DNA from: an uncultured Acidimicrobiia bacterium
Lineage (GTDB): Bacteria > Acidobacteriota > Terriglobia > Versatilivoradales > Versatilivoraceae
Direction: 5' to 3'
Assembly: GCA_963786955.1 (NCBI GenBank)
Contig: CAWBAT010000008.1
Location: 570,783-634,782, forward strand
DNA: 64,000 bases
In this document: in pieces, positions 7,154 to 18,358 of the stretch
Layout of the letters: each line of letters starts with the position of its first letter
Position numbering within the stretch: position 1 is the first letter of the stretch
Made by a program: the position numbers and the translations under genes
Notes under the pieces: model-generated
Told to the model about the DNA's origin: nothing
Seen by the model: only the letters and a program-made list of their open reading frames with translations
Database searches by the model: none

Positions 7154-10100
7154 ATGAAAGCCCAGCCACTTGGAGTGGCTCAAACTATGACCGCTTTAAG
7201 CGGCTCACAAGATCAGGCCTCCGGCTTTGCCGGAGGTCTTTTGACTCTTTTCCTGAAGCAACCCCTAAAGGGACGAATTATTGCGTTCCTGGCTATGGCG
7301 GCCTTCATTCTTTGTCTTGCACATGGCGAGATTAGTTACGCCCGCTCAATCAATTTCCCTTCTACCTGGCTCCTTTACGAAGATGCCACCTACACTGCCG
7401 TAGTTGAAGAGCTGCAGCAGAACAACCGCGAATCTCTAATCAGTTGTATTGCCCGTGATCCTTTGTTATCTCGGCAGGTGCTGATCAGTTTGTTGCGAGA
7501 ACAGGACAAATACGAGTTGGCGCGGTCCTTTGCTGAGCTATTCCGCATCACGGACGATTCTGAGCTGGAAATTCCACTTGTCAAATTCTTTTCCAAGGCT
7601 GACCCCGAGACTCGGGAAAGGCTCTTACATTGGGCAGCAATTATCACTGATGCCGAATGGTTCCTGAGTAGTAACGACTACCCCGATCGCTTTAGCAGAG
7701 AGACAGAGAGTCAAGCTTTGCAGGATTTACAGGCGGCTACCCGCGAATTCCACGAGATGGGGTTTGTGGATGGCGAGGCATATTGTTTAAACGCCTGGTC
7801 TCGTTTTATCAGTGACGCAAAGCGAATGGAGGCCGAGCAGACTAATACAGTTGAGAAAGCGATGCGTCTGTTCCAGCAGACGGGCAATCTTCGTGGGGAA
7901 ACCCAATGTCTGGTAAATCTGGCCGGACTAAGCCTCAAGCATAATGATCCCAAGATAACAACTGAACTGATCGACCGCGCCCTGGAAAAGGCGGCAGCGG
8001 ACAATAATCCTGTTTTGCAGGCTAGACTCTGGGGGTGGAAGCAGTACCAGGTTGAGGGGAAAGTGAGACGCGAGGCTATAGTGAGACTTCGCCTGGAAGT
8101 AAAGAGTGAGCCCGGTCTGCGGGATGTCTACTATGGGCTATTGCTCGCAGAACCGGTGAATCTGGAGGAATACCATGCGCTGTTGACCACAGAGAAAAAA
8201 CCCGTTCAGGCCATTCGGGCGCACCTGAAACTCTCGGAATACCTTGAAAGATCCGATAAACTACAGCAATCCATTGACGAACTCGATCGCGCCATCGAAT
8301 TGGCCCGAATGCTTCCTTATGATATGGGAGCTTACGGAAGCTATCCGCATCCCGCTGTGGCTTGGATGTTCTACGAAAGAGCCCAGAAGAACCGAGATCT
8401 GGGGAAATTGAGAGAAGCCGAAAACGACTGTCACCAAGCCCTTCAATTGCTTGAGTCTGAAAAAGCCACCAGTCATTTTGTCCAAACACCCATGGTGTTT
8501 GTGTGGTATGAGCTCAGTTTTACCTACCGGGCCCTCGGAGAATACCCACTGGCCATTGACGCAGCCCAGCACTCCCTGGACCTTGCACTAAAGATGGAAT
8601 CAACTCTCGGGATACAGTCGGCCCACCAAGCAATGGCGGAAGTATATTCCGAACTTGGAGATCTGACATCGGCTGAAGAACATCTACAGGAAGCCATCCG
8701 CCAGCCGCACGCATACTTTAACGCTTCGCCACTCCAAATGGCGGAACTCCATTTAAACTTTCAACTTTATGAGGTGGCTCTTCGCGATCTGGAATCAGTC
8801 GAGCCTGCCATGAGGGCTTATCTCGAGCTACGGCCTTGGCAGCAGACGCGCTGGTTTTGGCCCTCTAAGAAGTACAGGCTTTTAACGTATCTGTACCTTC
8901 GTCTCGGTGAGCCCGAAAGGGCCATGGAATTCGCCTCAAAGCTTGAAAAACAGGTTCATCCTGGACCTGAGGGGTTAGTTGGAATCGTCTTGGCTGAGAT
9001 GAAGCGTTACACTGAAGCAGAAAATTATTTCCTGGATAGACTCAATTCGATCCAGGGGAAAGATGCGCTCGCCAAAGAAGTCGATGCTCACAAGAACCTG
9101 GGAAAAATCTATCGGGCACAAAGAAAACCGGCCCCTGCTCTCGTGCATCTCGATAAGGCGCTTGAGCTCTATCAAAAATTGGGGGACCGCCGAGGCGAAA
9201 TTGAAGTTCTTCTCGAGTTAGGTCGTGTTCAGCTTGAAAGCCGGGATCTCGCAATAGCAAAGGAACGTTTGAACCAGGCTCTTCAGAGGTCGGAAGATGC
9301 CCAAGACCAGCAGGGCATCTGGTCGGCCCATTATGGCATGGCACATGTCGCTCGCGCAGAATCTCAACCAATGATAGCCGCGGATCACCTGAAGCTAGCC
9401 GTTGAGGCCGTGGAAAAGGTTTCCGGCCACCTGAATGTTGACCTCTACAAATCAGAGTTCCTGGAAAACAAAATCGTTATTTACGATGAGCTGATTCGCC
9501 TGCTCGGTCCCTCTCATCCGGCCGAAGCGTTTAATTATGCGGAAAGAAGACAGTCGCGTGCCTTCCTGGAGGCAGTCCAAAAGCGTGTTGTAGCATCGCA
9601 GTCCGGCGCCGACGAGTTGCATCGAAAAAAGGAAGAGGTCGAAGGACGTCTCATCGGAAAGCAGCGGGCGCTCGTGGCCCAGTTGTCCAAACCGGATAGC
9701 CAGCGGGATTACGCCCTGATTGAATCTCTTCGGCGTGAACTCCGAGACGTCCGGGCTCAGCACACGCAGCTTCTCAAGACTGTGGAGCTCCGGAACCCCG
9801 CTGAGGCGGCACTCCAGGCCGAGGTCACTCCACGGAGTGCCCAACAAGTCCAAACGGAAATCCTCGGGCATAACCAGGCCTTGATCGAATATGTGGTGAC
9901 AGATCAGGAAGTGCTGGCGTTTGTGCTTGACCGAAGTTCCTGCAAGTTTGTCCGCTCGCCGATTTCGCGAAAGACACTCAATGCCCAGGTTCGCCAGCTC
10001 CATCTTCCTTTCCAGCAGTTGCGCCAAGGGCGAACGGATCTGCTCCACCTCTCGTACGATGTAAGCCTGGCCCATGATCTTTACAAAACGCTCTTCCTGC

Positions 10101-11039
10101 CGTTAGAGTCGCTGCTTCTAGGGAAAACGGACATTATTGTTGTGCCGGACGAAGCTCTCAATTACCTCCCTTTTGAGAGCTTGGCGCGATCTAGGGTTAC
10201 CGGCGAGAAAATCCCTGCCATACACTATGCTGAGTACCGGGAAGTGGACTGGCTCGTGCGACATTACACAGTTCGCTATGCCTTCTCGGCCACTTCATTG
10301 GACCCTAAACTTCGAGAGGCGTTGTCTCCACAAGGTGAGCTTGTTGCCTTCGGCATTTCAGGAGCAACTGGATCTGAGAATACCAGAATTGCCCGGGCTG
10401 TACTTCGCCGGGCATCCGAAGATGGAGCTGTGCTGCCCTCGTTACCTCCGCTACCCCTTGCCGCCAAGGAGTCGCGCCGCGTCGCCCAGATCATGGCAGG
10501 CAGGCTGGGCACTAGGGTCTTCACCGATGGACAGGCTACCGAAAGCGCTTTCTTCCGGGAAGCTCCCGCGGCAGGTTACCTTCACTTAGCCGTTCACTCG
10601 TTACTCAACAATGAACAGCCGTACTACTCAGCCCTGCTGCTCGCCCCCGAAGTAGCATCGGACGGGTTGTTGCAGACCTTCGAAATCGCCAGCACGCACT
10701 TGAACGCCCGGTTGGTCACTTTGAGCGGATGCGAGACGGCTCTGGGCAAGATGGTCAGGGGCGAGGGGCTTCTCGGGCTGCGCCGCGCGTTTCTGCAGGC
10801 TGGGGCGCGATCCGTCTTGGTGAGTCTTTGGAGTGTCGAGGATTCCAGCGCTGATTTCATGGAAGAGTTTTACAAAAACTTGGGCAAAGATCTTTCCCTC
10901 GGGGGAGGCCCTCTGTTCAGCCAAGATTCAGTATATGGCAAGGACTCTCCCTGCAGGACAAAGGCAAGCAAATCTCGCTTAGCAATCCTTTTTTTGGGCG
11001 CCGTTTGTTTTGACCACAACGGCGCTAGACAGTCGGTGA
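7154..11039 (+). CDS. TPR-CHAT (caspase-like, clan CD) protease with N-terminal hydrophobic export signal; small 3' indels
   Basis: Multiple TPRs; AFNYAERRQSRAFLE; IIVVPDEALNYLPFESL; catalytic HLAVH (His 10595) and LSGCETALG (Cys 10730). The canonical NPFFWAPFVL tail is recoverable by indel correction, ending TGA 11039. The start is uncertain (7154-7295). Confidence 0.9.
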
Positions 11040-11101
11040 ATAGAGGTATACGCTAAGATTCAAACTTCCGCGCATGCCAACTTAATATTGGAACACATGG
11101 T

Positions 11102-11590
11102 GAGTACTGAGTTGCGGGAGACGTTAACGCCGGGTCGGTGACCTGACCTACAGCTTTGTAGGCCGCGTGACCCCACGCGGCACGTAGCCTAAGATACGTT
11201 ACCGTAATTACGAATAGCATTACTAATTGCGGGAGTCCGTGTTGTAGCCGGCCATCGGCCCATTGGCGGAAGACCGGATGGGGGCCGGTGTCAACGATCC
11301 CGGCTCTACAACGAACGCCTGCCGAGCGACCGTAGCGCAGACCTGAATTCTAGGTCTGCGGCTTTTAAGTGCGAGCAGGAAACAAGCTTTAGCGCAGACC
11401 CGGGCCATGGGTCTGCGGCTGTAAATCTTGAGGGGGACATTGTGCTACTTTCAAAGCCGCAGAGGCAGAAAGCACCTCTGCGCTACAACTACACTGCAAA
11501 ATAAACTTTATGTCTTCGTGCCATAGGCTGGAGTAACGGACAAACCCGGGCTCGCTCCGACCGGGATTGCTGATCCCGGCTACAGCAGGT
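11102..11590. repeat. REP/MITE cluster
   Basis: AGTACT-ended element 11102-11226 (inverted homolog at 62527-62658); GTAGCCGG and GTAGCGCAGAC family palindromes follow. Confidence 0.85.
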
Positions 11591-11616
11591 CCCAGCTATA
11601 GAAAAAGTGAAAATCT

Positions 11617-14600
11617 ATGCCGCGCTTAATTCTCGCCTGTACTTTCTTATTTACTCTCTTGGCATGTGCTTCTCGCCTGGGCGCTCAATCCACTTTTGGA
11701 AGCATCGTGGGCGAGGTCAAAGATGCTTCGGGCACGCGCGGTGGCCGCCGCTGCGATCAATGTCACAGAAATCGATGCGAATTCTGTTCGTTCTGTCACT
11801 TCGGACAAGGATGGACTTTTCCAGATCCTCAACCTCAAGGCAGGCCGCTACGAACTTACGGCTGCAAAGAGTGGATTTGCCACGACTAAGGCTGGCGAAG
11901 TGTTGCTCGAAGCGCGCCAGACCCTGCGCGTCAATCTGAAACTCGAAATTGCTCCGATCGCGCAAACTGTCGTTGTCAATAATATTTCCCCGAGCATTAA
12001 CACCGAAACCGCGATTATCTCGGATTCAATGAACTTTCAGCAGATCACCCAATTACCACTGAACTACCGCGGTCGCACGACCAGTCCCCTGATTGCAACC
12101 ATGACTATTCCGGGCGTGCAACATGACGCTTCTGATCAGCCTTCTCTCGGTGGCGGCCTTCCCGTCCAGATTGAATACAGCATAGACGGGATTTCTACCC
12201 ACGACTCTTTTTATAACACGCCGATTCCCGATATGTTTCCCTCGACAGAAATGTTGAGCGAGTTCAAGGTAACATCGGTGAGTAACAATGCGGAGTTTGG
12301 CCAGATGGGCGATGTAACCGTCATCACCCGCAGTGGCACCAACAAATTGCACGGCAGCGCCCTGTGGTATTTCCAAAACGCTGCGCTGGACGCCACTACT
12401 TACGGCTCGCCCGAAAAACAGCACAAAGTGTTCAACACCTTTGGCGGCAGCCTCAGTGGACCGATCGAAATTCCACACCTTTACCACGGCCAAAATCACA
12501 CTTTCTTCTTTGTTGACTACGAGGGCAACCGCAAACCTGGTTCGTCCTCAGACCAGTTTTCGGTTCCCACTGCCGCCATGCGCGATGGGGATCTAAACGG
12601 CCTGCTGGGGTGGACAGGCTGTTGATCCCCTGACTGGTGCTCCGTTTCCTGGCAATGTGATTCCTTCTAACCGCATTAACTCGGTCGCCCGCAGCCTGCT
12701 AGACAACTACTACCCGCTCCCCAATTACAATTTTAATGGGACGACGAACAGCAATTACCGTACCCTGGTCCCTACTTCAATCTATACCAACGGCTATGAC
12801 ATTCGTATTGACCACCTGTTAAGCTCCCGCCAGCAGATCTTCGGCCGCTGGAGCTGGAAAGATATCTCGTGGCTTGGGGGTAATGGATTGTTGCCTCCTA
12901 CTAACCAGGATATGCTCAACCGGAACCTGATTCTTTCACACAATTATTTAATTCGCCCCAACCTGATCAACGAATTTCGCTTCGGTTTTAGTGTGTTTAA
13001 TGGGAATAATCGATTTCCAATTCAGGGTACTGATGCCGTGGCCACACTGGGAATTCAAGGCCTTTATCTGAACAATGCGGGAACTAAGGGTGGATTCCCG
13101 TTCTTTGATTTTTCAGATGGCACTGGCTTTTCCGGTATTGGAGCCCCTTCAGACGAAAACTTTCAATCACGAAGCTGGCAGTTCAACGATAACTTAAGCT
13201 GGATTCATGGCCGGCATACATTGAAATTTGGAGGGGACTTCCGAAAGGTTGGGATACCAAGATATCATTGCTCGCTAGTGTATTCGGTATGTTTGGTTCG
13301 TTTGGTTTCAATCAGGGTTTTTTTAGCGGCAACGCATTTGCCGATTATCCTATTGGGGATACCCGGATCAGACACTCTACGGAATCATTGGCCCAGACAA
13401 GAATGAGCATCTCCAATCATACCGATCTTTATGCTCAGGACCAATGGCTTGTCAACAGCCGCCTCACCTTGAGTTTCGGTTTGCGCTGGACGCTACAGCC
13501 GCCGATGACGGAGGTTTCTGGAAATCTCGGGAATTTTGACCCGACCGATGGCAATCTCATTGTTCCAGACCAGACGCTTCCAGCCGCGCCAAGTTTCCTC
13601 GCTTCAATCAACGCTTGTCCCGGGACAGATCCTACAATTCCTTGTACTCATGTTCTCACCGCCAGCCAGGTCGGCCTGGGACCCGGACTGCGGCACACCT
13701 ATTATGGCGATTGGGCTCCCCGGATTGGCTTTGCCTGGCGGCCGTTCTCTGACGGTAAGACAGTCATACGCTCAGGCTTCGGTATATTTACGACGACGAT
13801 CCAAGGTAAGACAGCGAGTGTATTGGTTGGGGTACCCACAACCGATCTGCGCACCTATAAAAATTTCCAAGGGGCCGGCGAGCCACCGCTTTATGTCTTG
13901 CCGCAAATCTCCGGAGGCCCATTAACGCTTCCAGCACCTGGCACAGGTGCATCTAACTGTTGCTACCGATTTTGACTTACAAGGACCCACGGAGCTATCA
14001 ATGGAGTTTCACCATTGAGCATGAGTTACGTCCTGAGACGGTGGCGCGGGTCAGTTACATCGGGTCCCAGGCTAGTGGGCCTGGGTCTAGATCGTGGACC
14101 TCAATCAGCAGCCTGCCAGCACAATTAAAGTTTGACGCCAAGCGCAGGCCTTACTTAGCACTGGAACTGGTGTGTGGTTATTTAGCAAACCTCGGCTATT
14201 CAAGTTACAACGGCTTGCAAGCCGAGTTGACGCACCGATACAGTAGCGGCCTTTACTTCCAGGCCAGCTATGTCTTTTCCAAAAACATTGGCAACGCTGG
14301 CGGTTCCCTGGGTGGCATTAGCTCAAATGTGGGTGTTCTTTTTCCAACAGAAGCGTATCTAGAGATTGATTACCGACCGGTTCAACACGCGTCTGGATCG
14401 TGGAGTATTGGCTGGATCCCGCGAACAACGGTTTCTTTTCACTGCCATCTACCAGTTACCTTTTGGGAAAGGACAAAAGTTCGCTAGCGGGATGAACTCA
14501 GTTGCTAATGGCGTCTTGGGTGGGTGGGAAATCAGCACGATTACGATGCTAGAGAGCGGGCCGTTCTTGACTCCGAGAATCGGCGCGGGGCTAAGATCAA

Positions 14601-15015
14601 TCAAACACATTGGCGCACGGAATCGCTATCCTATTATCCGGCCAGACCGGATTGGCAATGGCAACCTTCCTAACCCAACCCCCGATCAGTGGCTCGATAT
14701 TACGGCCTTCACTCCGACGCCTAAAGGCGCAGGCCGATTTGGAAATTCAGGTGTGAGGAGTTGTGAACGGGCCCTGGAACAATCGATATTGCACTCGGAC
14801 TGTTTAAGAGCTTTTCCTCTTACCGAGAAGACTGCGCCTTCGGGTGGAAGGCACATTTACCAACTTACCCAACCACCCCAACTACGTCGCTCTATCCTGG
14901 GTAGCCAACTTCACGTCGACCGTCCCAGCAGCTTTCGGCGTTGATCACTAACGTGCAGCGCCAGGAAAACTCGGGAAACCGCACAGGCCAAATCGGCCTC
15001 CGCCTGGATTGGTAA
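11617..15015 (+). CDS. TonB-dependent receptor, Oar-like, with carboxypeptidase-regulatory domain; multiple frameshifts
   Basis: Signal peptide + QSTFGSIVG; EFKVTSVSNNAEFG; ITRSGTNKLHGS; FGGSLSGPI; YAQDQW; WAPRIGFAWRP; ends GQIGLRLDW-TAA. Split across about 7 ORFs. Confidence 0.85.
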
Positions 15016-15019
15016 CAGC

Positions 15020-15560
15020 GCGCGTAGCGCAGACCTGATTTCTAGGTCTGCGGCATTGAATATCGCAGGGTCGCATGCTGCCGCTTTTAAAGCCGCAGAG
15101 GCAGAAAGCGCCTCTGCGCTACCACCTATAAACGGGACCGTTGGTCCCGGAACTGAAAATTGGACATTTCCGTTGCCCTGAAAGGGCAAGAGAAAATAGC
15201 CCAGGGCAGCGTGGAGAGCGAAGCCCGGAGCGACCAGATAATCTCCATGCAGAGTCCGGAAAATTCCGGGAACCGTACTGGTCAGATCGGCATCCGCCTT
15301 GATTGGTAACAGCACGCGTAGCGCAGACGCGAAGTCCCCCTTCGAAGGGGGTGCCGCTTTGCGGCGGGGGATGTAAAGGGTAAGTGGCATTGGATATTGC
15401 AGGTCGCATGCTGCCGCTTTTAAAGCCGCAGAGGCCGAATGCGCCTCTGCGCTACGACCTATAAACGGGACCGTTGGTCCCGGAAATTAGGGCATTGCTC
15501 TAGCCGGCCTTCCTCCAGCCGGCGGATGACCGGCCCCGGAGGACAGGCCTCCCGGCCTGT
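15020..15560. repeat. Tandem unit: REP doublets plus a duplicated receptor 3' end
   Basis: GTAGCGCAGAC REP doublet followed by ACCTATAAACGGGACCGTTGGTCCCGGAA occurs twice (15124-15152 and 15457-15485). Confidence 0.8.
15238..15309 (+). pseudogene. Isolated paralogous 3' end of a TonB receptor
   Basis: Translates IISMQSPENSGNRTGQIGIRLDW*, versus ITNVQRQENSGNRTGQIGLRLDW* at 14944-15015. Confidence 0.8.
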
Positions 15561-15563
15561 TAT

Positions 15564-16622
15564 TCAATAAACCCATGAATGCCACCGGCGAGGCGCCCAA
15601 ACGGTCTCACCACTCCTATTGATGAAGCGAGTTTTCCAGTTGAGATTTGACCATCTAGGCCCTTCCCATACCTCCGCGATTCCACCAACAAAATTGCCAA
15701 CATCCTGAAAGGTTGGCTTAATGACCCACTTCCCCTGGTGATCGATATACCCCCACTGTTCATCTTGCATGACCCCTGCCAGTCCCTCTGAGAAGTCTCT
15801 AGCCTCTTCAAATGCCAGAGGGATCACAACCTGGCCTGCTTTATCGATATAACCCAATTTGCGCTTGAGCTTCACTGCCGCAAGTCCTTCCTTGAAACCA
15901 GTGCGATAATGTTTATTCTCTACCTCGTCAAACTGGGGCTCAATCACTGTGTTTCCTTTTCTGTCAATGAAGCCCCACTTATCCCCAATTCGAATAGCTG
16001 CCAGACCTTCCGAAAAATCACCTGCGTCCGCGAATTGCGCTGGGATTTCAAAGATTCCCTGCTTGTTAATATAACCATCCTTATTTTTCTCACCATCATA
16101 GGCAACAGCCACACCTTCAGAGAAATCTCCCAAATTACCGGGTCGGGGTGGGAGAGTGAATTTTCCGCTGCGATCCAAGAACCCCCATCCGGAATCTGTG
16201 CGAGTTACTGCCATGCCCTCATGCACTCTCCTCACAAAGCGAAACTCATGTTGGAACAGCAAAACACCCGACTTATCGATCATCCCCCATTGTTCTCCTT
16301 TCCTTACCGTAGCCAAACCCTCCGAAAAATCCTCAACTTCATTGAATTGGGGCTCGGCTATAACCTTCCCGTTTGAGTCAATAAAACCCCATTCTTTACC
16401 GATTGAAATTGCTGCGATTCCCTCCGAAAATTGCCGAGCTGATTCAAAGCGCGGTTTTATCTTTACGCGGCCCTGTTGGTCGATATAACCATAACTTGTC
16501 CCGATCCGCGCTGGATACAAGTGCAGCTCGCCCTTTGACCTTCTTCCACAATTCACCACGACCAGAAGACTTGAAAATAGGGTTACCGCGACCATTTGTC
16601 GGATCAGATTCATCTTCATCAT
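15564..16622 (-). CDS. WG-repeat protein, probable lipoprotein
   Basis: Repeated FSEGLA-x-WG(F/Y)ID-xxG units; hydrophobic N-terminus followed by Cys (LLVVVNC). Confidence 0.92.
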   Translation of the reverse strand: MMKMNLIRQMVAVTLFSSLLVVVNCGRRSKGELHLYPARIGTSYGYIDQQGRVKIKPRFESARQFSEGIAAISIGKEWGFIDSNGKVIAEPQFNEVEDFSEGLATVRKGEQWGMIDKSGVLLFQHEFRFVRRVHEGMAVTRTDSGWGFLDRSGKFTLPPRPGNLGDFSEGVAVAYDGEKNKDGYINKQGIFEIPAQFADAGDFSEGLAAIRIGDKWGFIDRKGNTVIEPQFDEVENKHYRTGFKEGLAAVKLKRKLGYIDKAGQVVIPLAFEEARDFSEGLAGVMQDEQWGYIDHQGKWVIKPTFQDVGNFVGGIAEVWEGPRWSNLNWKTRFINRSGETVWAPRRWHSWVY

Positions 16623-16985
16623 ATCGATAATATACCAGCCCTTTAATTCGAACTATACAAAGTCCTATGCTGCATGAATCAATGAAGTTGCCAACCAGAT
16701 TGATTCAATGATTCAAGACCAAGGAGAGAAGATTGGTTCCACCCTATCCATCTATTAGGGCCCTACTAATCTTCCTTCCTGCACAAGCGGAATAGGCCCA
16801 GTGGTCCTGTTATTGTATCCCCGTTTCGTCATTTTCGTGTTTCGTACTGAACCCTATGGGGTTCTATTCAGCATGATTGCCCGCGGCCGGAAGGTTCGCC
16901 TCGTCTGGTTGCGTTCCTCGGAGCTATTTTATACAATCTGCGCTCGTTGCCTTTCTGCCAATTTCATTTCTGGAGGTAAAAAATC

Positions 16986-17990
16986 ATGCCGAAACCAACA
17001 CCAGCACGCTTCTTTCAAGCAGTGAACTCATTCCAACAATCGGCTGCGATCAAAGCATCCATCGAGCTGGGTGTGTTCACGGCGATTGGTGCGGGCTGCA
17101 AAACGGCCGAAGCACTGGCTGCTCGCTGCCACGCCTCAGTGAAAGGGATGCGGGTTCTTTGCGATTTCCTCGTCATTAACCAGTTCCTCACCAAAGAGGG
17201 TGACTGTTACGGACTCGGTGCGGATGCGGCGGTCTTTCTCGACAAGAACTCTCCGATGTACGTGGGAGGCATTGTGGGGTTCCTGCTCTTACCGCAGATG
17301 GTGCAGGCCTTTGATAATTTTACTGCGGTGGTCCGAAAAGGTGGAACCGTGATGAACACGGGCGGTACGATGGCGCACGAACATCCGGTTTGGAAAGACT
17401 TTGCGCGCAGTATGGTGCCGCTCATGATCCCAGCTGCTGAGGGGATCGCCGGCATCGTAAAGGCAAGCGAGGGAGCTCCTATGAAGGTGCTGGATCTGGC
17501 GGCCGGACACGGGATCTTCGGGATCACGATGGCGCGGCACAATCCGAAGGCGGAAATTCACGCCGTGGATTGGGCCCCGGTGCTGGAGATTGCCCGCGAG
17601 CATGTCACAGCCGCCGGAGTGGCGGATCGTTGGCACGCGATTGAAGGCAGCGCTTTTGAAGTGGAGTTCGGTACCGGTTACGACGTCGCACTCATCACGA
17701 ACTTCCACCACCATTTTTCGCCGTCCACGATCGAGACCTTGATGCGCAAGGTGCACGGGGCGTTGAAGCCGGAAGGTGTGGCTGTGACGCTGGAGTTTGT
17801 GCCAAACGATGATCGGGTGACCCCGCCCGATGTAGCGGCGTTTTCGATGATCATGTTGGGCACCACTGAGGAAGGCGATGCCTATACCTTCGCCGAGTAC
17901 CAGGCAATGTTCCAGAACTCGGGTTTTGCCCACAACAAGATCTATCCACTCGAAGGTTCAGCCCAGTCGGTGATTGTGTCGCGGCGGTAG
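16986..17990 (+). CDS. SAM-dependent O-methyltransferase with dimerisation domain
   Basis: GGAGG RBS; AAIKASIELGVF N-terminus; VLDLAAGHG SAM motif; ITNFHHHF. Confidence 0.9.
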   Translation: MPKPTPARFFQAVNSFQQSAAIKASIELGVFTAIGAGCKTAEALAARCHASVKGMRVLCDFLVINQFLTKEGDCYGLGADAAVFLDKNSPMYVGGIVGFLLLPQMVQAFDNFTAVVRKGGTVMNTGGTMAHEHPVWKDFARSMVPLMIPAAEGIAGIVKASEGAPMKVLDLAAGHGIFGITMARHNPKAEIHAVDWAPVLEIAREHVTAAGVADRWHAIEGSAFEVEFGTGYDVALITNFHHHFSPSTIETLMRKVHGALKPEGVAVTLEFVPNDDRVTPPDVAAFSMIMLGTTEEGDAYTFAEYQAMFQNSGFAHNKIYPLEGSAQSVIVSRR

Positions 17991-18033
17991 TCATCGCAAA
18001 AGGGAGGCGGTTGATTGTTCGGCTCGCCCAAAC

Positions 18034-18210
18034 TCAGTCATAAAGCAAAGAGATGACGAAATCCGAACAAGCAGAAATAACTAAGCTTACCTCTGCATCA
18101 TGCTTGACCGCTGCGAACCCAGTCAGCACAATGAACAGGCTACCATGAATTAGCCCCACTATCCCAAACCCTACCAGAACGAAGAATAGTATCGTCAGAA
18201 GGATTCTCAT
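18034..18210 (-). CDS. Possible small membrane protein or gene fragment
   Basis: AGGGGG RBS before ATG; strongly hydrophobic MRILLTILFFVLVGFGIVGLIHGSLFIVL. Confidence 0.3.
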   Translation of the reverse strand: MRILLTILFFVLVGFGIVGLIHGSLFIVLTGFAAVKHDAEVSLVISACSDFVISLLYD

Positions 18211-18358
18211 ATCATCCCCCTGATTGTATTGCAAGATACCACCCAAACTGGCAATCGCGACAAACCAACAACTTGCGAGGGTTGGAGTTAATCTAGGCGG
18301 AATTTTTGTTCACAAAGTGATGTTTTTGCCGATCTATATTTCCTGTGAGGTCCAATGT

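Noticed and set aside
5576-11039. Type III-E CRISPR Craspase (Csx29/Csx30/RpoE) module
   Set aside because: No Cas7-11, Csx30/31 or array; the anti-sigma is a membrane ZAS protein and the CHAT appears exported.
14944-15309. Diversity-generating retroelement VR/TR pair at the receptor C-terminus
   Set aside because: Mismatches are mostly synonymous third-position changes and not adenine-specific; no reverse transcriptase in the window.
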